Shown: positions 1 through 11,041 of the stretch, piece after piece | Layout: the number at the start of each line of letters is the position of its first letter | How positions within the stretch are numbered: position 1 is the first letter of the stretch | Made by a program: the position numbers and the translations under genes | NCBI GenBank assembly: GCA_049314515.1 | Contig: JBMOEY010000001.1 | Location: 23,907 to 87,906 of the forward strand | DNA: 64,000 nucleotides | Direction of reading: 5' to 3' | Origin: Microbacteriaceae bacterium | GTDB taxonomy: Bacteria > Actinomycetota > Actinomycetes > Actinomycetales > Microbacteriaceae | The notes under the pieces: model-generated | Database searches by the model: none | Told to the model about the DNA's origin: nothing | The model's input: the letters and a program-made list of their open reading frames with translations, nothing else

Positions 1-966
1 GGGTCGGGACCCGGCGATGGGGTGCGTGTAGACCCTTCCACTGAGTACCTTGACGAGTGCTTCCGGTGACGAGCCGACGACCGCGAAGTCTGAATCTCCG
101 TCCCTCGGTAGCGAGAGCAGGTACATGTAGGGCGAAGGATTCAAACTTCGAAGGACGCGATACACGTCGATTGGGTCGGCCGTGTTAGCAACGTCGAAGC
201 GCTGGGAAATGACGACCTGGAATACGTCACCCGCCACGATGTGGTCCTTGGACGTGTGTATCGCTGAGAGAAATTCGTCCTTCGCGGTTCGATACGTCGG
301 CTCGTTTACAGCACTGAGATCGATAGATGCGAGTCCGGGCTCGGTGGGTCGAGAGAGGTCAGCTTGGAGGCGCGCGAGTCTTTCTTGAGACTCGGTCCAG
401 AGCTCCGCTGCCGAACCTCCGTCATTGAGGACGTTCACAATCAGCGTGACGGTGCCAAATTTGTGATCGAGCGCCACGATTTCGCGTGCGAACGACAGGC
501 CCACCTCGGGAACATTGACATCTGAGGGGGGTCCGTCAGAGAGTCGCTCGAGTTGACGCACCGCATCCCACCCGATGAAACCGACAAACCCGCCCGTCAA
601 TGGCGGATGTCCGTCAAGTGGCGGCGTGGACCACGTCGAATACAGACGCTCAATCGCATCCAGGGTCTGTGCTGGAATCGGTCCAGCAAACGCGCGCTGG
701 GCATCGAGTCCACAATCAATCCAGGCAGCTTTGCCTTTCGATTCGGTCAAGATCCCAAAAGCCGATACGCCGACAAATGAAAATCTTGACCAAATTCCAC
801 CCTGCTCGGCGGACTCCAAGAGGAACGTTCCAGCACGACCTGCTCCAAGTTTCCGATAAATCGCGACGGGAGTTTCCGCGTCGGCGAACAATTCGCGCGT
901 CACGGGAATTATTCGGTCACCAGCGTCAATCCGCTGCGACAAATACTCAGAGGTGGTGTCCGTCAC
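1..966 (-). CDS. trpE: anthranilate synthase component I, 3'-truncated by the window edge
   Basis: Absent from the ORF track because the window edge cuts it. My minus-strand translation from GTG at 966 stays open to position 1. It reads [40 protein letters not shown]...[18 protein letters not shown]...[16 protein letters not shown]...[10 protein letters not shown]...[11 protein letters not shown], which are typical TrpE motifs. The GTG overlaps the hisI TGA (GTGA). Confidence 0.9.
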   Translation of the reverse strand, partial: MTDTTSEYLSQRIDAGDRIIPVTRELFADAETPVAIYRKLGAGRAGTFLLESAEQGGIWSRFSFVGVSAFGILTESKGKAAWIDCGLDAQRAFAGPIPAQTLDAIERLYSTWSTPPLDGHPPLTGGFVGFIGWDAVRQLERLSDGPPSDVNVPEVGLSFAREIVALDHKFGTVTLIVNVLNDGGSAAELWTESQERLARLQADLSRPTEPGLASIDLSAVNEPTYRTAKDEFLSAIHTSKDHIVAGDVFQVVISQRFDVANTADPIDVYRVLRSLNPSPYMYLLSLPRDGDSDFAVVGSSPEALVKVLSGRVYTHPIAGSRP

Positions 967-1331
967 TCGCCTTCACCGCCCTGTGAAGACTTCACGGAAT
1001 GGACGAGAGCCGTGTCAAAGCACGATCGCGTCCCATTGTGACAAGCTGAGCCAACTTGAACGACCCGAATCAACAGCGCGTCCGAGTCACAGTCGAGTGC
1101 CACGCTCCTCAACAATTGCACGTGCCCTGACGTGTCGCCTTTTCGCCAGAATTCCTGTCGGGAACGAGACCAGAACGTCACGCGACCTTCACGCAGAGTG
1201 CGCTGCAAGGCCTCGTCATTCATAAAACCAAGCATGAGGACATCGTTGTTCTCGTCATCTTGGATGATGACCGGTACCAGTCCGTTCTGATCAAAGACAA
1301 CGGAGAATTCCTGTCGGTTTCCGTTCATCAA
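963..1331 (-). CDS. hisI: phosphoribosyl-AMP cyclohydrolase
   Basis: 122-aa ORF containing LVPVIIQD...[24 protein letters not shown]...[11 protein letters not shown]...CHNGTRSCF. Lies directly downstream of hisF. Confidence 0.93.
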   Translation of the reverse strand: MMNGNRQEFSVVFDQNGLVPVIIQDDENNDVLMLGFMNDEALQRTLREGRVTFWSRSRQEFWRKGDTSGHVQLLRSVALDCDSDALLIRVVQVGSACHNGTRSCFDTALVHSVKSSQGGEGE

Positions 1332-2143
1332 CTTCTCACCACCAAGCCTTCGCGACGCAGCTCATTCTTCACTGCAGGGATTGAGATCTCACCCGAATGA
1401 AACACCGAAGCTGCAAGAACCGCATCGGCACCGGCCCTGATTGCTGGTGCAAAATCCGTCACCTTGCCCGCACCCCCGGAGGCGACAATCGGAACACGGA
1501 CAGCATTCCGCACGAGACCAATAAGTTCGCAATCGAAGCCTTGCCGCGTTCCATCGGCGTCTATTGAATTCATCAGAATCTCACCCGCGCCGAGATTGAC
1601 TCCACGGCAAGCCCACTCAAGCGCATCCAGACTGGTTGTCTCAGAACCGCCGTGACTCGTCACAATGAAACCACTCGGCGTTTGCGCATCACGTTTGACA
1701 TCAAGAGAGAGAACGAGCACCTGATTGCCGTATGTTCGAGAAATCTCGTCTAACAACTCCGGACGTGCGACCGCTGCACTGTTTACACTTACCTTGTCGG
1801 CACCCGCATCAAGCAATCGCGCGACATCCTCAACAGTGCGCACTCCCCCGCCCACAGTCAGCGGAATGAACACTTGCTCCGCCGTTCGTGAAACCACGTC
1901 GTACATTGTGTCCCGGCCCTCAATCGTTGCCGACACATCGAGAAACGTTAGTTCGTCGGCACCTTCCTCGTAGTACCGGGCAGCCAGCTCGACCGGGTCA
2001 CCTTGATCTCGCAGGTTCCGGAAATTGACTCCTTTGACCACTCTCCCGTCCGAGACGTCTAAGCACGGAATGACACGGACGGCCAGCCCGTCTCTATTCG
2101 GTGACGTATCCGCTAACGATGACTTTTCCACTGCGGCTATCAC
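1328..2143 (-). CDS. hisF: imidazole glycerol phosphate synthase, cyclase subunit
   Basis: 271-aa ORF containing [30 protein letters not shown]...GADELTFLD...GGGVRT and SGGAG. Has 4-bp overlaps with hisG and hisI. Confidence 0.95.
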   Translation of the reverse strand: MIAAVEKSSLADTSPNRDGLAVRVIPCLDVSDGRVVKGVNFRNLRDQGDPVELAARYYEEGADELTFLDVSATIEGRDTMYDVVSRTAEQVFIPLTVGGGVRTVEDVARLLDAGADKVSVNSAAVARPELLDEISRTYGNQVLVLSLDVKRDAQTPSGFIVTSHGGSETTSLDALEWACRGVNLGAGEILMNSIDADGTRQGFDCELIGLVRNAVRVPIVASGGAGKVTDFAPAIRAGADAVLAASVFHSGEISIPAVKNELRREGLVVRS

Positions 2144-2979
2144 AGTCGCGCCGCGTGAATTGCGCTGACGAGTATTGCGCGCGCACCCAAATCGTAAAGC
2201 TCATCCATCACCTGGTTTTGATCGGCTCGCGGGACCATCACTCGCACGGCTACCCAGTTCGGATCATGCAGTGGCGAGACCGTAGGAGATTCGATACCTG
2301 GCGCAATTGCACAGGCTCGGTCAAGGAGCTCCCGAGGACAGTCGTAATCCATCAAGACGAATTGTTGCGCAACGAGGACCCCGTTGAGTCGCCTGTGCAA
2401 CGTTGAAATGCCCGGATTTTCCGAGTTCGCTGAAATTAACACCGCGACCGACTCCAGAATGACCGGACCAAATATCTCAAGCCCCGCCTTTCGCAGCGTC
2501 GAGCCCGTTGACACGACATCTGCGACCGCATCTGCAACACCGAGGCGCACTGCGGATTCCACCGCGCCATCCAAGGAGATCAATGTCACGGAAACGCCGT
2601 GCATTGCGAGAAACCCACCGACCAGACCTGGATAGCTCGTTGCAACTCGGGCACCCTCGAGCTGAGCGAGTTGCGAAAACGAGCCGGATGGTCCGGCAAA
2701 TCGAAATGTGGACTCTCCGAATCCCAACTCCGCTATAACCGAGGCCTCCGATGAGCTGTCCAGGAGTAGATCTCGACCCGTGATTCCGACATCAAGAGCG
2801 CCCGAACCAACATAAGTTGCAATGTCCCTCGGCCGGAGATAGAAAAACTCCGCGTCATTACGCTCATCGATGACGTGCAACTCTCGAGGGTCCCGCCGAC
2901 CGCTGTAACCTGCCTCCGCGAGCATCTCAAAGGCCGCGTCGGCCAATGACCCTTTGTTGGGAACCGCAATTCGAAGCAT
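2140..2979 (-). CDS. hisG: ATP phosphoribosyltransferase (long form)
   Basis: 279-aa ORF beginning [25 protein letters not shown] and containing [10 protein letters not shown]. Lies between hisE and hisF. Confidence 0.93.
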   Translation of the reverse strand: MLRIAVPNKGSLADAAFEMLAEAGYSGRRDPRELHVIDERNDAEFFYLRPRDIATYVGSGALDVGITGRDLLLDSSSEASVIAELGFGESTFRFAGPSGSFSQLAQLEGARVATSYPGLVGGFLAMHGVSVTLISLDGAVESAVRLGVADAVADVVSTGSTLRKAGLEIFGPVILESVAVLISANSENPGISTLHRRLNGVLVAQQFVLMDYDCPRELLDRACAIAPGIESPTVSPLHDPNWVAVRVMVPRADQNQVMDELYDLGARAILVSAIHAARL

Positions 2980-2991
2980 CAGAAACTTTCG

Positions 2992-3255
2992 CTAGAGAAA
3001 CTTATTTACATCGTCGAGCGAGAGACCGCGAGCCAACATGAGAACTTGAAGGTGATAGAGAAGTTGAGAAATTTCTTCTGCCACTCGTTCTGGTGATTCG
3101 TACTCGGCTGCCATCCAGACTTCAGCAGCCTCTTCGATGACCTTTTTCCCGATCGCGTGAACCCCTGCATCAAACTCAACAACGGTTCGTGAGCCATCGC
3201 GCCGCGTTTCAACAGCCTCCTGGAGCTCTTCGAATAGCCGGTCAAACGTTTTCAC
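2992..3255 (-). CDS. hisE: phosphoribosyl-ATP pyrophosphatase
   Basis: The track ORF is 2992..3306. A GTG at 3255 gives an 87-aa product (M)[14 protein letters not shown]...[12 protein letters not shown]...[13 protein letters not shown], the normal HisE size. The upstream 17 codons have no homology signal. Confidence 0.85.
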   Translation of the reverse strand: MKTFDRLFEELQEAVETRRDGSRTVVEFDAGVHAIGKKVIEEAAEVWMAAEYESPERVAEEISQLLYHLQVLMLARGLSLDDVNKFL

Positions 3256-3322
3256 GTCATAAGGGTATCGTGCTGACCGGTGCCTTTGAATCGCCCCAAA
3301 AGGCACGGTGCTGAGTGAGCCA

Positions 3323-3979
3323 TCAATGGGAATGCTGAGTTTGCGCTCTCAGAGCGGCAATCGCAGTTTCGGGGTCCCCGCCGTTGAAAACACTTGAACC
3401 GGCCACAAAGGTGTCGGCTCCGTGTGATGACGCAAGCTCGATTGTGTCCAGTGTGATACCACCATCGACTTGAAGCCAAATTGCCGACTTCATATGGTTT
3501 GCGGTCGCGCGCAGGGCATCGAGCTTCGGCATGACCGACTCAATGAAAGATTGACCCCCGAATCCAGGTTCCACGGTCATGACCAGGAATTGATCGAATT
3601 CGTCGAGAAGCTCCAAATACGGCTCAACCGGAGTTGCGGGCTTTATTGCTAGACCACATCGCGCACCCCGAGCTCGGATGGCACGTGCGAGAGAGACAGG
3701 GTCATCGGAAGCCTCGGCATGAAAGGTGACCGACGCACACCCTAGCTCGGCGTAACCGAGACCGTAAGAATCGACTCGGTCAATCATGAGATGGACATCA
3801 AGAGGAATGGGCGACACTGCTTGAATTCTCTCGACCATTTGAGGACCAAACGTGAGGTTCGGAACGAAATGATTGTCCATTACATCGACATGCACGAAAT
3901 CTGCTGTTGCGATTGCTTCTAAGTCACGCTGCATATTCACGAAATCTGCGGCCAGAATGCTGGGATTAATGCGAACCAT
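3323..3979 (-). CDS. rpe: ribulose-phosphate 3-epimerase
   Basis: 218-aa ORF containing [10 protein letters not shown]...[18 protein letters not shown]...HLM...PGFGGQSF...VDGGI. Confidence 0.95.
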   Translation of the reverse strand: MVRINPSILAADFVNMQRDLEAIATADFVHVDVMDNHFVPNLTFGPQMVERIQAVSPIPLDVHLMIDRVDSYGLGYAELGCASVTFHAEASDDPVSLARAIRARGARCGLAIKPATPVEPYLELLDEFDQFLVMTVEPGFGGQSFIESVMPKLDALRATANHMKSAIWLQVDGGITLDTIELASSHGADTFVAGSSVFNGGDPETAIAALRAQTQHSH

Positions 3980-3988
3980 GACATGACT

Positions 3989-5374
3989 CTATTCAGCACG
4001 AGTGAGTAGTGCGATAAACATTGCGTCCGTGCCGTGCCTATGAGGCCAAAACTGAGTAGATCTATCGGGTCCACGCACGTCGATAGGAGTGCGCACTATT
4101 CGCGCCAGAGTCTCCCGAGTATCTAGCTCCGTCACCGCAGGTTGCTCTTTCAGCAATCGATTGACGATGCCGCGAGTTTCAACAAGGTGAGGCGAGCACG
4201 TGACATAGGCCAGTACTCCACCCGGTCGGAGAGCGGAGATTCCGCTTCGCAGAAGTTCCAATTGCAGGGCGGAAAGCGTTGCCACATCCTGCGGCGTGCG
4301 GCGCCAACGAGCTTCGGGTCGACGGCGCAGAGCACCGAGCCCTGAACACGGAGCATCGACGAGCACGCGATCGAAGGTATCTGGATGCATGGTTCCGATA
4401 TCTCGGCCGTCTTCAACGAGAACTTGTACGTGAGGAAAGCGAGCTACTGAATCACGCACCAAGTCGGCTCGGTGCGGAGAGAACTCATTGGCAACAATCG
4501 CGACGCCCGTGTCCATCGTTTCCGCGGCCATGAGGGCGGTCTTGCCCCCAGGGCCAGCGCACAGATCGAGCCATCGCTCGTCAGAACGAATGGGTCTCCA
4601 TCGCGTCAACAGCAGAGCGGCGAGTTGAGAGCCCTCATCCTGTATTCGCACATCCCCACGGCGGACGGCTTCGATGGCGTGCGGATCGCCCCCGACCAAT
4701 GTGAGCGCTCGTGGGGAGTACAAGCCCTCCCTCGTCTGGGCTATATCTTCGGACCCAATCAGACGCGCGAGCGAGACAAGGGCGGGTCGGTTATCTGCGA
4801 TGAGGAGGTCAACGATTTCGTCCGAACTGTCTTCGTGCGCGAGGGCAGTTTTTAGAGCACGAACAACCCATTCCGGATGACTGTGAATGACCGCAAGGTG
4901 TTCATCGATCGAGCGACCTGCCGAGATTGCCGCTATCCAATGATCCCGGGTGCGTTCCGTGATGCGACGCATGACGGCGTTAGTGAAACCAGCAGCACTG
5001 GAACCAGCATTCCGACGTGCTAACAGAACGGACTCGTTGACCACGGCGTGCGGCGGCGTTTCCAGGAGGAGCCACTGATGAGAACCTAACCGCAGAATGT
5101 CCAAAATTGTGTCGTCAATTTCTGTCACCTGTCTATCGGCAGCGACAGTAATCACGGCGTCATAAAATCCCTGCATGCGAAGGGTTCCATATGCGAGTTC
5201 AGTGGCGAATGCCGCGTCCGAGGGGCCCAAACTTGATTTACGCAAGAGCGATTGCAATTCGAGATTTGCATATGCGTCGCGGCTGTGCACGGCCCGCAGA
5301 ACTTCGAGCGCCACCGTTCGTGACGTTTGATTCTTGGACTTTGCTGCGGCTGAGCGCCGTGGAGTGTCACTCAT
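3989..5374 (-). CDS. rsmB: 16S rRNA (cytosine-C5) methyltransferase, RsmB/Sun family
   Basis: 461-aa ORF with an N-terminal NusB-like region and a SAM methyltransferase core (DLCAGPGGKT...DRVLVDAPCSGLGALRRRPEARW...YVTCS). Lies downstream of fmt. Confidence 0.9.
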   Translation of the reverse strand: MSDTPRRSAAAKSKNQTSRTVALEVLRAVHSRDAYANLELQSLLRKSSLGPSDAAFATELAYGTLRMQGFYDAVITVAADRQVTEIDDTILDILRLGSHQWLLLETPPHAVVNESVLLARRNAGSSAAGFTNAVMRRITERTRDHWIAAISAGRSIDEHLAVIHSHPEWVVRALKTALAHEDSSDEIVDLLIADNRPALVSLARLIGSEDIAQTREGLYSPRALTLVGGDPHAIEAVRRGDVRIQDEGSQLAALLLTRWRPIRSDERWLDLCAGPGGKTALMAAETMDTGVAIVANEFSPHRADLVRDSVARFPHVQVLVEDGRDIGTMHPDTFDRVLVDAPCSGLGALRRRPEARWRRTPQDVATLSALQLELLRSGISALRPGGVLAYVTCSPHLVETRGIVNRLLKEQPAVTELDTRETLARIVRTPIDVRGPDRSTQFWPHRHGTDAMFIALLTRAE

Positions 5375-6285
5375 GAGAAAGACCAGACCGCGACAGAATG
5401 GATTCCGCGCACCCAGTCCACGGCCCGCATTGCGGATTTACCGGCTGGCTGAACACGTCGTAATTCGAGTGCGCCTTGCTTCAGTCCAATCAGAACATGG
5501 CCGTTAGCGACCACAAGGCGACCCATTGGAACCGCGACCTCGTACTCGGGCGCGCAGTCAAGAATCTTGATTCGACCCGATGACGACTCAATCCAAGCAC
5601 CCGGTTCGGGAGTGACGGCACGAAAAAGGTTGTAGACCGAATCAACGACGTTGTTGGCGACCAGTTGAGACTGTGTCGAGGAAAGTTTGGGTGCGTAAGT
5701 GGCTGGCCCTACTTGTGGAACAGCAACGACCTCTCCCGCGCGAAGCGACGAAACCACGTCGCTCACGAGGGCGGCCCCGTCAACACTCAAGCGTCTCAGC
5801 GCACTACCGGCCGTTTCATGCGCCCCGAGTGGGAATGTGCCCGTGGCTAGCACATCTCCGGCGTCTAATTGCTCGACGAGACGGAATATTGTGACATGGG
5901 AGGCCGACGAACCGGACATGATTTCGTGCTGAAGGGGTGATGCACCCCGCCATTGAGGGAGATGAGAAAAATGAAGGTTTATCCAGCCCAAGCGGGGAAC
6001 ATCTAATCCATTTCGGGGAATGAGTCCGCCGAACGCCACGACAACGCCCAGATCTGGCTGCAGACGGGAAAGTTCAGCGAGCACACTTGAATCAAACTTG
6101 GACGACTTGAGTGTCAAAATTCCTAGCTCGTGTGCTCGTCGCGCTACAACTGAAGGCGTCATTTCACGCTTGCGCCCGTGCGGGGCATCGGGCCGCGTTA
6201 AGACCGCCACCACGTCATGCTCTGAAACGAGTCGTTCGAGCGTAGGAATGGCGACCTCGGGGGTTCCGGCAAAAACAATCTTCAT
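5371..6285 (-). CDS. fmt: methionyl-tRNA formyltransferase
   Basis: 304-aa ORF beginning MKIVFAGTPEVAIPTL and containing NLHFSHLPQWRGASPLQHEI. Confidence 0.93.
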   Translation of the reverse strand: MKIVFAGTPEVAIPTLERLVSEHDVVAVLTRPDAPHGRKREMTPSVVARRAHELGILTLKSSKFDSSVLAELSRLQPDLGVVVAFGGLIPRNGLDVPRLGWINLHFSHLPQWRGASPLQHEIMSGSSASHVTIFRLVEQLDAGDVLATGTFPLGAHETAGSALRRLSVDGAALVSDVVSSLRAGEVVAVPQVGPATYAPKLSSTQSQLVANNVVDSVYNLFRAVTPEPGAWIESSSGRIKILDCAPEYEVAVPMGRLVVANGHVLIGLKQGALELRRVQPAGKSAMRAVDWVRGIHSVAVWSFS

Positions 6286-8261
6286 GAAAGCGTGTCCCCC
6301 AGCTCAGCGTCATCCATTCGAATGCGAAGTCGAACGACCCGCTCGGTTCGAGCCTCTCCGGCACGGCGTCGCACACTCTTAGTCGCCGTCGTGACGATAC
6401 TCGCCCGGAGGGCAGATGCCACACGCTCGCCGTGTCGATAATCAAACACCACGAAGGCACGAGAACTGTCTGCCAGAGTCGTTGGGCCCATGATCCGAGT
6501 GTTCGATATTCCCCGCACTGCATCGCACGCCGATGCCACCTCGGCAGATGGGCCTGTGATGGACGCAACGCGACGAATGGGGGGCAGCCCCAGCGCACGA
6601 CGCTCGTTGAGTTGACGCCGAGCGAATCCGCGAAGATCCCACGAAGCGACTGTGCGACCGAGATCGGCGCCTGCCCCCACGAGATAACAGGTCGCACCCG
6701 CTCGCGAAAGCGCCAGGGCATTACACCAGTGCCGGAGCGCCACTTCGTCAACGCGAAGCCCGGACCGAGAACGGTAGACCTCACCGTCTAAAACAACGAC
6801 GCACAAGTAGCCACCCTCGGCAGCGGGCTCAGCGCCGGGTGTTGATATAACGAGGCACGGAGTATTGGCAACCGATTGAACGGGGTGTGACCCATCCGAC
6901 ACGATGATCTTTGTGTTGGGAAACGCCCGACCGAGGTCTTCAGCCGTTCTTTCACTCCCCGAAGAAACGATCCGAAGTTGACTGGATGCACAGTCCGGAC
7001 ACTTCCACCTTGACGCGAGTGCGCCACACCACTGACAGCTGGGCGGAGTAGTTGCCGTCGCTTGAGCAAGTGGACCCGAGCACTCCGGGCAGCTTGCCCG
7101 AACTCGGCACTTGTTACACGCCAAGGACGGGGCGTAACCCGCACGTGCAACCTGAAGCAGCACCGGGCCCTTCGTGCTTTGTTCTCGAGCGTGAGCCCAC
7201 GCCACGCTGGGGATTCTGGCGCGCGCTCCTTCTGTGACGAGTGAATCCGTCGGAATGACAGTTGGGAGATCTCTCTTCTTTGATGTCCACTCAGTCGCAA
7301 AACCAAGCGCAACGAGTCGTTCCACGTCGGTAGAAACTGCGTGACCGGCAAATACCAGGCGAGCGGAGGTGAGTTGCGCAGCGATCAGTGCTACGTCACG
7401 GGCGTGGGCATAGGGCGCAAGCGGTTCAGTCAGCAGCGAATCACCGTCATCCCACATGACAATGAGACCGAGGTTATGTGCCGGAGCGTAAAGCGACGAC
7501 CGATTTCCGAGAACAATGGTCGGCTCGCGCTCAAGAATGCGAAGGTAGGCGGCGTAACGCTCTCCCCCAGACTGCCGCGAATCTGTTCGAACGACTGCCT
7601 CACTCACACCGAGAGAAGCCAGGGCGCGCATCATGTCATCACTTTCTCGATAGGACGGCACAGCGATGATGGTCGACTCGTCCCGTTTCAACGACTCGAC
7701 GGCGGCGGCAGCAACAGGGACTGTCCAGGACGGAACATCTCCGGATTCCGTAGCGAGCATCCCGGCTGGCATCAAGACAGAGCGGCATTCGTCGTGTTGA
7801 AGATTTGCCATTGGGCCTGAATGGTCAGCTTGTTGAACGTGTGCGGAAGCAATCTCTGCCACGCGCTTACGAGAGGCAGCCCGATTTTGGCGTGCCTCAT
7901 CCGACATGAATGCCTTTTCGACGCGAGCATAACGTGGCGGAATGGCCAACCGGAGAACATCTCCCGCACTGCCTGCCTGACGGTCACTCACGCGACGCGC
8001 CAAAGCATAAAGCTGAGTGGGCAGGACAGACACACTCGTGACGACGCTGTCAATGTTTTGCAACGTTCCGGAGAACTCCGAATGGTCGACAATATTGACA
8101 ACATAGGCGTCGATTACTCGCTTGCCCATACGCAACGGCACGCGAACTCGGCAACCAACGACCACATCCTGGTCAATTCCCCGGGGAATCGCATAGTCGA
8201 ATAGATGGTCAAGTTGTGGCAGTGGACTGTCTAACAGCACCTGTGCAATTCGCTCGGTCAT
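6282..8261 (-). CDS. priA: primosomal protein N' (PriA) homologue with degenerate helicase motifs
   Basis: 659-aa ORF in the conserved metK-priA-fmt position. It has an N-terminal FDY..P......G.RV.VP domain and a Cys-rich zinc module (CNKCRVRASCPECSG...CQWCG...CPDC). No GxGK[ST] P-loop was found on reading. Confidence 0.85.
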   Translation of the reverse strand: MTERIAQVLLDSPLPQLDHLFDYAIPRGIDQDVVVGCRVRVPLRMGKRVIDAYVVNIVDHSEFSGTLQNIDSVVTSVSVLPTQLYALARRVSDRQAGSAGDVLRLAIPPRYARVEKAFMSDEARQNRAASRKRVAEIASAHVQQADHSGPMANLQHDECRSVLMPAGMLATESGDVPSWTVPVAAAAVESLKRDESTIIAVPSYRESDDMMRALASLGVSEAVVRTDSRQSGGERYAAYLRILEREPTIVLGNRSSLYAPAHNLGLIVMWDDGDSLLTEPLAPYAHARDVALIAAQLTSARLVFAGHAVSTDVERLVALGFATEWTSKKRDLPTVIPTDSLVTEGARARIPSVAWAHAREQSTKGPVLLQVARAGYAPSLACNKCRVRASCPECSGPLAQATATTPPSCQWCGALASRWKCPDCASSQLRIVSSGSERTAEDLGRAFPNTKIIVSDGSHPVQSVANTPCLVISTPGAEPAAEGGYLCVVVLDGEVYRSRSGLRVDEVALRHWCNALALSRAGATCYLVGAGADLGRTVASWDLRGFARRQLNERRALGLPPIRRVASITGPSAEVASACDAVRGISNTRIMGPTTLADSSRAFVVFDYRHGERVASALRASIVTTATKSVRRRAGEARTERVVRLRIRMDDAELGDTLS

Positions 8262-8266
8262 GCGGA

Positions 8267-9469
8267 TTACAGTTTTGCGGCGCGACGAAGCTCATCAGAT
8301 TTCACGGTTGTGTCCTCCCACGTGAACTCCGGGAGATCACGCCCGAAATGTCCGTATGTAGCCGTTTTTTGGTAAATCGGGCGCAGTAGGTCGAGGTCAC
8401 GGATTATTGCCGCTGGTCTCAAATCGAAGACGTCACGAAGCGCATGCGCGATCTTCTCGTCACTGATTACCCCCGTACCGAAGGTTTCGACATAGAAGCC
8501 AACCGGTTCGGCGATACCAATCGCGTAGGCAACCTGAACTTCGATGCGTTGAGCCAAGCCGGCTGCAACCGCGTTTTTTGCTACCCAGCGCAAAGCGTAG
8601 GCAGCAGAACGATCAACTTTTGAGGGATCTTTTCCACTAAATGCGCCACCCCCGTGCCGTGCCGCGCCACCGTAAGTGTCAACGATGATCTTTCGACCAG
8701 TTAGACCTGCGTCTGACCCAGGGCCACCCTCCACGAATGAGCCGACCGGGTTGACCAAGATTCGAGTTGCGGACGTGTCGATATTCGGGACGAGTCGAAG
8801 AACGTCGCGAATGACCACTTCTTCAACCTCGTTGCGCAGCACGTCTAAGGACACAACATCACTCGGTGCGTGCTGTGTCGAGATGAGGACAGTATCAACC
8901 GTCATCGGAACATTGCCGTCGTATCCAATGGTGACTTGGGTCTTTCCGTCAGGTCGCAAGTACGTGAGTTCACCCGACTTTCGGGCACGCGCGAGGCGTT
9001 CACTGAGTCGGTGAGCTAGCCAAATTGGCATCGGCATCAATGTCGGCGATTCGCTGGTGGCGTACCCGAACATGATGCCTTGGTCACCCGCTCCCAGCTT
9101 GTTCGGGTCTGTCGTGGCGCTTCCCGCTTCCACATCTTGAATGACCTTGTTGGCAATCTCGGCGGATTGCGCTCCGATCGCAACATTGACGCCACAGCTT
9201 CGGCCATCGAAGCCCACGTCACTGGACACGTAGCCAATGTCGGTAATCGTCTTTCGAACGATGTCGGGAATTTCGACGTAACCGTCGTCAATCGTTACCT
9301 CTCCCGCAACCTGAACTAAACCGCGCGTGACAAGCGTCTCGATCGCAACGCGCGCAACTCGGTCTTCCGATAGAAAAGCATCGAGCAGTGCATCCGATAC
9401 CTGATCACAGACTTTGTCTGGATGGCCCTCAGTGACTGATTCAGAGGTGAAAAAACGTAAACCGCTCAT
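8267..9469 (-). CDS. metK: S-adenosylmethionine synthase
   Basis: 400-aa ORF containing [29 protein letters not shown] and [17 protein letters not shown]. Confidence 0.97.
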   Translation of the reverse strand: MSGLRFFTSESVTEGHPDKVCDQVSDALLDAFLSEDRVARVAIETLVTRGLVQVAGEVTIDDGYVEIPDIVRKTITDIGYVSSDVGFDGRSCGVNVAIGAQSAEIANKVIQDVEAGSATTDPNKLGAGDQGIMFGYATSESPTLMPMPIWLAHRLSERLARARKSGELTYLRPDGKTQVTIGYDGNVPMTVDTVLISTQHAPSDVVSLDVLRNEVEEVVIRDVLRLVPNIDTSATRILVNPVGSFVEGGPGSDAGLTGRKIIVDTYGGAARHGGGAFSGKDPSKVDRSAAYALRWVAKNAVAAGLAQRIEVQVAYAIGIAEPVGFYVETFGTGVISDEKIAHALRDVFDLRPAAIIRDLDLLRPIYQKTATYGHFGRDLPEFTWEDTTVKSDELRRAAKL

Positions 9470-9555
9470 GGTATTCCTTCCACAGATGGCGCATGTCGTT
9501 GCACGACTGCGCGATGACCTCTGGCATGCCCCGCGTGAACGGTCTGGAACGGCAG

Positions 9556-10770
9556 TTAGACGAGTACGTCAAGAATACGATGCGCAACCGACAACTTATC
9601 GCCGCTCGCTCGAACCACCTTTTCACTGCCGCTGGAAGATGCATTTTTTTTGAGAATCGTGACTTCGTTGTGCGTCGTGCCAATGCCCGTGGACCACGAA
9701 ACCTCATTTGCCACGATCACATCACACCCCTTCCGCTGAAGTTTTTCTCGGGCGAGAGCCAGCAACTCGTTACCGCGTTCCGTTTCCGCAGCAAAACCGA
9801 CCAACGTGAAAGACCGTTCTGGCATGGCTGCAAGACTCGACAGAACATCTGTCGTTTCGACGAGGGTCAACGTGCGCCCCGACTCAGAACGCGACTTCTT
9901 CAGTTTTTCGTCACTAACGAAATCGACACGATAGTCGGCCACCGCAGCCGCCATTATGACCACATCGTTGTCGGGTGCGAGTCGGAGCATTTCTTCCAAC
10001 ATTTGGGCCGCTGTAACGGCGGGTATTGCTTCAATTCCGATTGGAACATCAACATCGAGATGCGCGTACACGAAGGTCACTTGCGCCCCTCGGGCTTGCG
10101 CTGCCCGCGCGAGAGCAACCGCCTGAGCGCCAGACGAACGATTTCCAATGAAACGGACAGGGTCAATGGGCTCGCGGGTGCCACCGCCGCTGATGAGAAT
10201 TCTCCTGCCTTCAAGCGACGCTGCGTCACGTTCCGACAGAGCCGCATAACTCACGGCCACAATTTCACTGGGCTCAGCCATACGCCCAACACCCACGTCA
10301 TCTCCCGTGAGGGTTCCACTGTCAGGTCCAACGACAGTCACCCCCCGGGAACGCAAGCGGGTAATATTTTCTCTCGTAGCCTCGTTCGACCACATCTCCG
10401 TGTGCATTGCCGGTGCAACAACGACATGCCCGCGCGTTGCCAGCACAACGTTGCCGAGTAAGTTTGGCGCGAGTCCAATCGCCATCTGCGCAATCGAGTT
10501 TGCCGTTGCCGGTGCAACAACGACGAGGTCCGCAGACTGACCAAGTTCAACATGCTTGACGCTAGCGACTTCATCGTACAAACCGACTGACACCGCGTTC
10601 CGGCTGAGTGCCTCAAGGGACGCGCGTCCGACGAATTCCAAGGCAGCCTCGGTGGCGACAACACGCACATCGTGCCCGTCTGACACAAAAGCCCGGATGA
10701 CCCCCAAGGCCTTATAGGCGGCGATCCCACCCGTGACACCCACGACGATTCGGAGAGGCCGCGACTCCAT
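9556..10770 (-). CDS. coaBC: bifunctional phosphopantothenoylcysteine decarboxylase / phosphopantothenate-cysteine ligase
   Basis: 404-aa ORF containing [22 protein letters not shown] and [24 protein letters not shown]. Confidence 0.94.
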   Translation of the reverse strand: MESRPLRIVVGVTGGIAAYKALGVIRAFVSDGHDVRVVATEAALEFVGRASLEALSRNAVSVGLYDEVASVKHVELGQSADLVVVAPATANSIAQMAIGLAPNLLGNVVLATRGHVVVAPAMHTEMWSNEATRENITRLRSRGVTVVGPDSGTLTGDDVGVGRMAEPSEIVAVSYAALSERDAASLEGRRILISGGGTREPIDPVRFIGNRSSGAQAVALARAAQARGAQVTFVYAHLDVDVPIGIEAIPAVTAAQMLEEMLRLAPDNDVVIMAAAVADYRVDFVSDEKLKKSRSESGRTLTLVETTDVLSSLAAMPERSFTLVGFAAETERGNELLALAREKLQRKGCDVIVANEVSWSTGIGTTHNEVTILKKNASSSGSEKVVRASGDKLSVAHRILDVLV

Positions 10771-10781
10771 TTTGTCTCTTT

Positions 10782-11039
10782 CTATGAAGACAGCGGCGTA
10801 ATTGTGAGCTTGTCTTCGTTGATCTCTCTCAGTGCAACCGAGAGTGGCTTGTCGTCGATGTTCGAGTCTACGAGGGGTCCGACGTTGTCGTAGAGAGCGC
10901 CCTCGTGCAGATCGGAATAGTAATCGTTAATTTGACGTGCACGCTTTGCCGCAAAAATCACGAGAGCGTACTTCGAGTCGACCTTAGACAAGAGATCGTC
11001 AATCGGAGGATTGATAATGCCTTCGTTGTTCTTTGCCAT
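10782..11039 (-). CDS. rpoZ: DNA-directed RNA polymerase subunit omega
   Basis: 85-aa ORF containing [31 protein letters not shown]. Lies downstream of gmk. Confidence 0.92.
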   Translation of the reverse strand: MAKNNEGIINPPIDDLLSKVDSKYALVIFAAKRARQINDYYSDLHEGALYDNVGPLVDSNIDDKPLSVALREINEDKLTITPLSS

Positions 11040-11041
11040 CG

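Noticed and set aside
6215-6784. 189-aa ORF overlapping the fmt/priA junction in another frame. Also the 187-aa ORF at 6788-7351 inside priA.
   Set aside because: Both lie within the PriA reading frame region and have no motifs. The PriA frame is continuous and carries the conserved zinc module.
9470-9555. Possible SAM riboswitch (SAM-IV-like) in the 86-nt spacer upstream of metK, which contains GCAUGCCAG and a GCGCAGUCG-UGCAA-CGACAUGCGC hairpin.
   Set aside because: The spacer is too short and lacks the multi-helix/pseudoknot architecture and conserved core of SAM-I or SAM-IV. Only a single small hairpin can be drawn.
9493-10461. Long antisense ORFs opposite well-supported genes: 322 aa opposite coaBC. 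Others are 22366-23271 opposite aroB, 37676-38392 opposite secF, 41288-41980 opposite ruvB and 50076-51077 opposite amt.
   Set aside because: The translations are low-complexity and Arg/Ser/Pro-rich, with no recognisable motifs. The opposite strand encodes unmistakable conserved proteins. Such shadow ORFs are expected in GC-rich DNA.
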